From Candidatus Woesearchaeota archaeon (GTDB lineage: Archaea > Nanobdellota > Nanobdellia > SCGC-AAA011-G17 > PNOQ01), in contig CAZPJW010000002.1 of NCBI GenBank assembly GCA_964587005.1, positions 12,487 through 76,486 of the forward strand: a stretch of DNA of 64,000 bases. The letters run 5' to 3'. The notes under the pieces were generated by a model. It did no database searches, was not told the DNA's origin, and saw nothing but the letters and a program-made list of their open reading frames with translations. The position numbers were made by a program, and so were the translations under genes. Shown here piece after piece: positions 58,298 through 64,000 of the stretch; within the stretch, counting starts at the first letter, position 1, and each line of letters opens with the position of its first letter.

Positions 58298-58327
58298 CTT
58301 TTTATACTAATTTGAATTCTCATTTTT

Positions 58328-59203
58328 ATGGTTGCAGACAATAGAGAAGAGATTTTGAGCATAGTAAAAAGAGAGGGACCAATTTTGCCTTCTAAATTAG
58401 CTAAAGAGATTAATACAAATATTTTGTTTGCTAGTGCTATCCTTTCTGAGTTAGTTGATAAGAAACACCTTATTTTGACAAACGTTAAAAGGGGGGGTAG
58501 TCCTTTTTATTATATTAAGGGCCAAGAATCTAAATTAGAGAATTTGTCTGAATTTTTAAGTGGGAAGTTAAGAGAGATTTTTAGTTTACTTAAAGAGAGT
58601 GGAGTGATTAGAGATAAGACTGCCGAACCATGGCAGAGAGTTGCTCTTAGAGAAATAAAAGATTTTGCGGTTCCTTTGAATGTGGGTGTTTCTGGAGAGT
58701 ATGAAATTTTTTGGAAATATTTTTTGCTAGGTAATGATGAGACTAAAAAATTAATAAAGGAAGAGTTGGGGGTAGGTGATACTGAAGAAGAAAAAGCAAT
58801 TAAGACAACAGATGAGAAAAAAGAAGAAAAGATAGAAGAACCAAAAAAAGAAGTTAAGAAAACAGAGGAAAAGGTGTTGACTAAGGGAGAGAAAGTTATC
58901 TTAGATTCCGTTGATGAGTATTTTAGTAAGAATGATGTTTATGTTATTTCACAAGATGTTTTAAGGAAGAAAAAAGAAGTTAATTATACAGTGGATTTTC
59001 CTACTAGTTTAGGAAAATTAAGATATTTTGTAAAAGTGAGGGATAAGAAGAGCATAAATGATAAAGATTTGCAGGGTGCGTGGGATGAAGGAGATAAAAA
59101 GAAATTACCAGTTTTATTTTTGACCCGTGGAGAATTGACAAAAAAGGCAGAAAAATTTTTAAATGATAATGTCTCTGGGCAATTCTTATTTCGACAAATA
59201 TAG
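58328..59203 (+). CDS. Hypothetical protein with N-terminal wHTH and possible C-terminal nuclease-like domain
   Basis: GPILPSKLAK..ASAILSEL; charged linker; alpha/beta C-domain. Confidence 0.65.
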   Translation: MVADNREEILSIVKREGPILPSKLAKEINTNILFASAILSELVDKKHLILTNVKRGGSPFYYIKGQESKLENLSEFLSGKLREIFSLLKESGVIRDKTAEPWQRVALREIKDFAVPLNVGVSGEYEIFWKYFLLGNDETKKLIKEELGVGDTEEEKAIKTTDEKKEEKIEEPKKEVKKTEEKVLTKGEKVILDSVDEYFSKNDVYVISQDVLRKKKEVNYTVDFPTSLGKLRYFVKVRDKKSINDKDLQGAWDEGDKKKLPVLFLTRGELTKKAEKFLNDNVSGQFLFRQI

Positions 59204-59240
59204 AAAGATTTAAGTATCTGGATTTTTTTGTTATTCTATC

Positions 59241-59471
59241 ATGAAAAGAGAGAGAAAAGAGGTTTCTGACAAAGTAGTGGTTGTATTATTGATTTCTGCA
59301 GTAGTTGTTTCCGTTTTAGGAGCCTTTGTTGTTTATGAATATTCACATTCTTATGGTCTTGGAGAAGAAGGTCAAGTTGAAGATCAATCTACCGGAAGAG
59401 TGGTTTTGAATGTTGTTGAAGCGCCACAAGGAGATTTTGAAGTGGAGGTAGAAGATGAAGATTTCAAATAA
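59241..59471 (+). CDS. Small single-TM protein
   Basis: VSDKVVVVLL N-terminus similar to the following genes. Confidence 0.6.
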   Translation: MKRERKEVSDKVVVVLLISAVVVSVLGAFVVYEYSHSYGLGEEGQVEDQSTGRVVLNVVEAPQGDFEVEVEDEDFK

Positions 59472-60015
59472 TAGTTTAGTTGTTCTTTTGGCTGTAGCAA
59501 TAATTGCTTCTGTAGGTGGAACTTTTGTTAGTGTTTCTTTTATGGATGATATTATTACTGGTGCTGCTACAACTTTAGGTAATGTTACTTTAACCATTGG
59601 GGGGACTGCTAATTGTAATGCAACTGATGATTTGATTGCTTTTGGGACTATTTCTCAAGGAGTAAATAACCAAACTACTGGAGATACTGGGGCATATGAT
59701 TGGATTACTATTGAGAATACGGGTAATGTTAATTTAGATATAACTGCTGAGACGCAGGCTAATTTGTTTTCTTCTTATTCTGCTCCAACTGCGTATTGGA
59801 AAATTTATTGTAATAACACTCAGGGCGGAGGAACTTGTAATGGTACTCACCATAATTTACAAGAATCCTCTAATGCGACAAGTATTATAACTGGCCATGT
59901 GTTTGCTGATGCAACTGATGAATGTTATATTGGTATGAATATTACTGTTCCAATGGATGAGGCAACGGGCGCTAAACACGGGGATATCTTATTTACCTGT
60001 ACACAAGCTGCTTAG
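59455..60015 (+). CDS. Surface/fibre subunit-like protein, copy 1
   Basis: Signal/TM, IITGAAT, IENTGNVNLDI, several N-x-S/T sequons. Confidence 0.7.
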   Translation: MKISNNSLVVLLAVAIIASVGGTFVSVSFMDDIITGAATTLGNVTLTIGGTANCNATDDLIAFGTISQGVNNQTTGDTGAYDWITIENTGNVNLDITAETQANLFSSYSAPTAYWKIYCNNTQGGGTCNGTHHNLQESSNATSIITGHVFADATDECYIGMNITVPMDEATGAKHGDILFTCTQAA

Positions 60016-60087
60016 TTTTTCTTTTTTTAAGAATTAGTGTCTTATGTTGGGAAAAGTTTAAATACTTATTTTTGTTGTTCTTTTATT

Positions 60088-60663
60088 ATGAATAAGAAGA
60101 AGGTTTCGAATAATAGTTTAGTTGTTCTTTTGGCTGTAGCAATAATTGCTTCTGTAGGGGGGACCTTTATTACAATTAGTTTTATGGATGATATTATAAC
60201 TGGTGCTGCTACAACATTGGGTAATGTTACTTTAACTATTGGCGGTACTGCCAATTGTAATGCAACGGACGATTTGATTGCATTTGGAATTATTTCTCAG
60301 GGAGTGAATAATCAGACTACCGGAGATACGGGGGCATATGATTGGATTACTATTGAGAATACAGGAAATGTTAATTTGGATATAGAGGCGGCAGCGCAAG
60401 CCGATTTGTTTGCATCTTATACTGCTCCAACGGATAATTGGAAGATTTATTGTAATAATACTCAGGGTGGAGGAACTTGTAATGGAACTCACCACAATGT
60501 AGGGAATATTGGTGCTGGAAATGCTACAATGTTAATAACCAGCCATGTGTTTGCTGATGCAACTGATGAAGTATATATTGGTATGAATGTTACAGTTCCT
60601 GCAGATGAAGCTGTTGGTTCTAAGCACGGAGATATATTATTTACTTGTACGCAGTCTTCTTAG
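60088..60663 (+). CDS. Surface/fibre subunit-like protein, copy 2 (tandem duplicate)
   Basis: Largely identical to copy 1. Confidence 0.7.
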   Translation: MNKKKVSNNSLVVLLAVAIIASVGGTFITISFMDDIITGAATTLGNVTLTIGGTANCNATDDLIAFGIISQGVNNQTTGDTGAYDWITIENTGNVNLDIEAAAQADLFASYTAPTDNWKIYCNNTQGGGTCNGTHHNVGNIGAGNATMLITSHVFADATDEVYIGMNVTVPADEAVGSKHGDILFTCTQSS

Positions 60664-60705
60664 TAAATAGAAATTCTTAAAAACATCTTTCTCACTTTAT
60701 TTTAT

Positions 60706-61845
60706 ATGAAAAAGACTTGGGTGATTTTTTTGGTGCTAGTAATATGTTTACCTAATGTTTTATCTTATGCTGTTAGTCCTGGAAAGACGATAGTATTCTT
60801 TTCTGGAGATACCCTATATGAAGAGTTAAGTGTTTCAGTTAGGAATGACAAAGGTATTTCAAATGAGGGCGAAATGTATATTTTTGGGAAAAGTGTTCCT
60901 GAAGAATATGTGAACTTTGATCCCATTAATGTTACGTTTGAACCATATGAAAAAAAGGTTTTTGATTTTTCAATTGCTATTCCCGAACAATTTGAAGAAC
61001 CAGGGGATTATAGATTTGATTTTGTGACCAAGGAAATTTTTGAAGAAGAAGAAGACTCTGGAGCAACAATTACAGTTAAGACTGCTGTTGCAGGAGTGTT
61101 TATAGTAAGGGTTCCTGCTGAAGGATATTTTTTGAAATCTAGTTTGGAAGCAAGAGGAGTTATTTCAGGAGAACCGGTCCCCTTTGTTTTAACTTTGGAA
61201 AATCTTGGTACTTATGCTATCAATGATATACAAGGTATTTTAGAAATTAGTGATGAATCTGGAAATTTAATTGATGAATTAGAATTTACTTATGATCTTC
61301 CTTTGTATTCCGTGGAACAACTTGAATTAAATTGGGATTCTGAAGGTGCAAGTTATGGAAATTATCATGCAAAGGCAATTATGACTTTTCAGGGAAAAGA
61401 GGAAATTGCTGAAACTGACTTCAAGGTGGGGGAAATGCACGTTAGTATTTTGGAATATGACAAATCTGTAAGTTCTGGTGATATAAATAAATTTAAATTA
61501 AAAATAAGGAGTGATTGGGGAGATCAAATAAATGATGCTTATGCTATTTTGGATGTGACTACTGAGGTGGCCCATCAGTTCAAAAGTAGCAATTTTAACT
61601 TAGAACCTTGGCAAGAGAAAGAGATAATTGTTTATGTTGATGCACAAATGTTAGAAAAAGGAGAGTATCCGTCGAAAATAGGGATTATGTATGAAGGAGT
61701 TTATGATGGGGAAGAATTTGAATTGAAGGTGACTTCTTTTGATATTGTTCCGATTATTGTGGGGGCAGCTATTTTTATTGTTGTCTTTGGGTTTGGATAT
61801 TTGTTTTTGATAATAAGGAAATTGAAGAAGGGGAAAAATGTTTGA
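60706..61845 (+). CDS. Secreted multi-Ig-like protein with C-terminal TM
   Basis: Signal peptide, VSPG, PGDY, LENLG, C-terminal TM + basic tail. Confidence 0.65.
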   Translation: MKKTWVIFLVLVICLPNVLSYAVSPGKTIVFFSGDTLYEELSVSVRNDKGISNEGEMYIFGKSVPEEYVNFDPINVTFEPYEKKVFDFSIAIPEQFEEPGDYRFDFVTKEIFEEEEDSGATITVKTAVAGVFIVRVPAEGYFLKSSLEARGVISGEPVPFVLTLENLGTYAINDIQGILEISDESGNLIDELEFTYDLPLYSVEQLELNWDSEGASYGNYHAKAIMTFQGKEEIAETDFKVGEMHVSILEYDKSVSSGDINKFKLKIRSDWGDQINDAYAILDVTTEVAHQFKSSNFNLEPWQEKEIIVYVDAQMLEKGEYPSKIGIMYEGVYDGEEFELKVTSFDIVPIIVGAAIFIVVFGFGYLFLIIRKLKKGKNV

Positions 61846-62710
61846 TAGTAGAAAGATTATTACATTACTTGCACTTTTACTTATTTGTGTGTCTATTGTG
61901 ATGCCAAGTATAGTTTATTTTAATTACTCTGGGGAGGTCCGGCCCGAGGATTCTTTCTCTGTTGCCGAAGTTAGTTTGACTGTCGTGTCTTCTGGTGGAG
62001 ATGATAGTGGAGGCGGTGGCGGCTCTGGTGGTGGCGGAGGAATTCCTGCTGAAACTACTCACTTGGTTGATTTTAGTGAAGAAGAAGATGGATACTCTAT
62101 TGAGCCCGGAAAAGGAGACACAATTAAGATTCTTTTTGAGGGAGGAATAGAATATAATTTTATTGTTTCTAGGTTTGCTTGGGCAGATGAATTGATTTTG
62201 AAGTTGGGAGATAATGAATATCAGATTAGTTATGATGAGATTGCTTATTTTGATTTGGATGGCGATGAAGTGAATGATATTTCTATTAACTTTGTCAGTG
62301 ATAAAATCATTAAAATTAGATTACTTGTTACTTTGGATGATTTTGAGGGGGGTGGCGAAATTACTATGGAAAAAGATAAAGTAAGATATCCTTCTTTCAA
62401 AGTTCCGGGTTTGGGGGTTGAAATGAGTATCTTATTTATTTTTGTCTTAGTTGCTATTGCTATCTTTATTGTATTTATTTATCACAATATAAGATTAAGA
62501 AGATTTGAGAAAACACATAAAAATAAATTGACAAAAATTTATTCAAAATATCATAAAAAGAGAAGAACCAAAGAAGAAAAAATGAAGACAAAGGAAAGAT
62601 TTGAGAAGCAGCTCGATACTTTGAAAAAAGCATATGCCCATGGTTATGTATCTAAAGATTCATACGGCAAGGGCAGACAAAGGATTAAAGGACTAATCAA
62701 AAAATTATAA
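61838..62710 (+). CDS. Membrane-anchored surface protein with poly-Gly linker and DxDGD loop
   Basis: SGGGGGSGGGGG, DLDGDEVND, TM, basic cytoplasmic tail. Confidence 0.65.
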   Translation: MFDSRKIITLLALLLICVSIVMPSIVYFNYSGEVRPEDSFSVAEVSLTVVSSGGDDSGGGGGSGGGGGIPAETTHLVDFSEEEDGYSIEPGKGDTIKILFEGGIEYNFIVSRFAWADELILKLGDNEYQISYDEIAYFDLDGDEVNDISINFVSDKIIKIRLLVTLDDFEGGGEITMEKDKVRYPSFKVPGLGVEMSILFIFVLVAIAIFIVFIYHNIRLRRFEKTHKNKLTKIYSKYHKKRRTKEEKMKTKERFEKQLDTLKKAYAHGYVSKDSYGKGRQRIKGLIKKL

Positions 62711-62751
62711 AAGAGGAAGATTTATAAATAAAAAAACCAAAATAAATAAAG

Positions 62752-63072
62752 ATGGTTGGAAAAACTAAGAAAAAAAATAAGAAGAAAGTTTCTAGTCATT
62801 CAGTTCTTAATGAAGCGTTGGGTGATGTATCTAAAGAGCTAAGTAAATTAAAAAAGAATAAGATTTCTTTATCAACTAAATTAGGAAAATTAGAGTCGGA
62901 TATAGTAAATGCTCAGAATAGTGAAACTAAGTTGAGAGATAGGATTTCTAAATTGATAGCAAAAGAATCGGAATTAAATAAGTCTAAGGGTATTTCTCAG
63001 GCCAAACTTTTGAGAACGAAAGAAAAGATAGCTAAGATTAAGAAAATACAAGAAGAATTAAGAGACATTTGA
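62752..63072 (+). CDS. Basic coiled-coil protein
   Basis: Continuous heptads. Confidence 0.65.
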   Translation: MVGKTKKKNKKKVSSHSVLNEALGDVSKELSKLKKNKISLSTKLGKLESDIVNAQNSETKLRDRISKLIAKESELNKSKGISQAKLLRTKEKIAKIKKIQEELRDI

Positions 63073-63144
63073 TGTAGGTAAACTAGTTTTGGAAAGGTTT
63101 TTATAGTATAGTTTGTTATTTCTATTTGAAAAGAGGGGTCGGTT

Positions 63145-64000
63145 TTGGTTTATAAGAAATATATAACTAGAGGTGGAAAGAAGTTTGGTCCATATTATTT
63201 TAAGAGTGTTAGAACTCCTAATGGGAAAGTTAAAAGTGTTTATTTGGGAACTAAAAATCCTGAAGGGAAGAAATTTTCTTTTGTTACATTCTCCATTGTA
63301 GTTGCACTACTTTTTGTTTTTGGTTTTTTGGGAATGTTTGCTTATCAAGGTTTTAATGTTGCAGAAGTTTCTACTTCTTTAGTAGGTGAAGGGGTTAAGG
63401 AAAGTGTTTCCGGCGATATTGAGGTTGTTAGTGATGTAGATAAACAAGAAGATTCTGTTGAGGGAGTTTTGGATGGGCCCAATCTAAAGCCGGAAGCAGT
63501 TGGCGGAGTTGAAGAGGAATGGACTGAAGAAGATATAGATGAAATAATTCCGGTTGATGAGACTGCGGTGGGAATTTCTGATGAGGTTGATACTTCTGAA
63601 CCAAGTTTAACTGCTTCTAATAAATTTGAACCTGAGAAAGAGGAGATTAGTTTGGATGTAAATGAAAGTGAATTTGTTGAAGAAATATCTTTGATAAATC
63701 TTGGTGTTATAATTAATAAGCCAGTTGTTTGGGAGAAGAGAATTAAGTTAAAGAGGAAGTTGGACTTATTTGATTTAACTCTTCCAGATGGCACTTTTAA
63801 TATAGAATACTATGAAATTGAGGATGGCGAAGAAATATTAATTAAAGAAAAAAATAAAAAAACTGAAGAGGATAACCTGATTACTGGAAATATAGTTTTC
63901 AACTTTTTTGAGGATATTTTTAGGACTACTGGAGAAGCGGTTTATGATTCTAAGAATAATAAAGTTTCTATAAAAAGACCTTCCAAAGAATTTTTGATAA
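63145..64000 (+). CDS. Partial large membrane-anchored protein (runs off the right edge)
   Basis: TTG start after GAGGGG; VYKKYITRGGKKFGPYYFKSVRTPNGKVKSVYLG, TM, acidic region; no stop before the edge. Confidence 0.75.
   Translation, partial: MVYKKYITRGGKKFGPYYFKSVRTPNGKVKSVYLGTKNPEGKKFSFVTFSIVVALLFVFGFLGMFAYQGFNVAEVSTSLVGEGVKESVSGDIEVVSDVDKQEDSVEGVLDGPNLKPEAVGGVEEEWTEEDIDEIIPVDETAVGISDEVDTSEPSLTASNKFEPEKEEISLDVNESEFVEEISLINLGVIINKPVVWEKRIKLKRKLDLFDLTLPDGTFNIEYYEIEDGEEILIKEKNKKTEEDNLITGNIVFNFFEDIFRTTGEAVYDSKNNKVSIKRPSKEFLI

Noticed and set aside
59455..60663. Diversity-generating retroelement TR/VR pair
   Set aside because: Both copies are full genes, the differences are not adenine-specific, and there is no reverse transcriptase in the window.
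63345..63794. Minus-strand 149-aa Ser-rich ORF
   Set aside because: Shadow of the acidic plus-strand ORF starting at 63145.
1..64000. tRNA/rRNA genes and IS elements
   Set aside because: No GC-rich cloverleaf or rRNA-like segment in the intergenic gaps, and no transposase with terminal inverted repeats was seen by eye.

Overview
AT-rich chromosomal window from a DPANN archaeon (Woesearchaeota/Pacearchaeota-like, judged from gene content and style). It holds a probable replication origin (inverted ORB-like boxes around a 67-bp pure-A/T element) directly upstream of a cdc6-polD(DP1,DP2) operon. It also has housekeeping genes (argS, lonB, pan, hef, rpa, radA, tdk, EF-1beta, gins-rpl44e-rps27e-aIF2alpha-nop10, rnz, endA), a large type IV pilus-like locus with several pilin-like ORFs too short for the ORF track, and surface-protein clusters. 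The most unusual region is 3.1-8.0 kb. An XerA-like recombinase has a 28-bp dif-like site immediately upstream, only about 10 kb from the origin. Nearby is a convergent pair of paralogous coiled-coil + winged-helix genes whose linker-coding DNA is itself an array of candidate binding sites: palindromes in one gene, and 11-bp phased iterons plus a near-canonical Orc1/Cdc6 ORB in the other. I propose this as a candidate, apparently undescribed origin-control or chromosome-segregation module. All calls come from reading the sequence and recalled family motifs; no searches were run.
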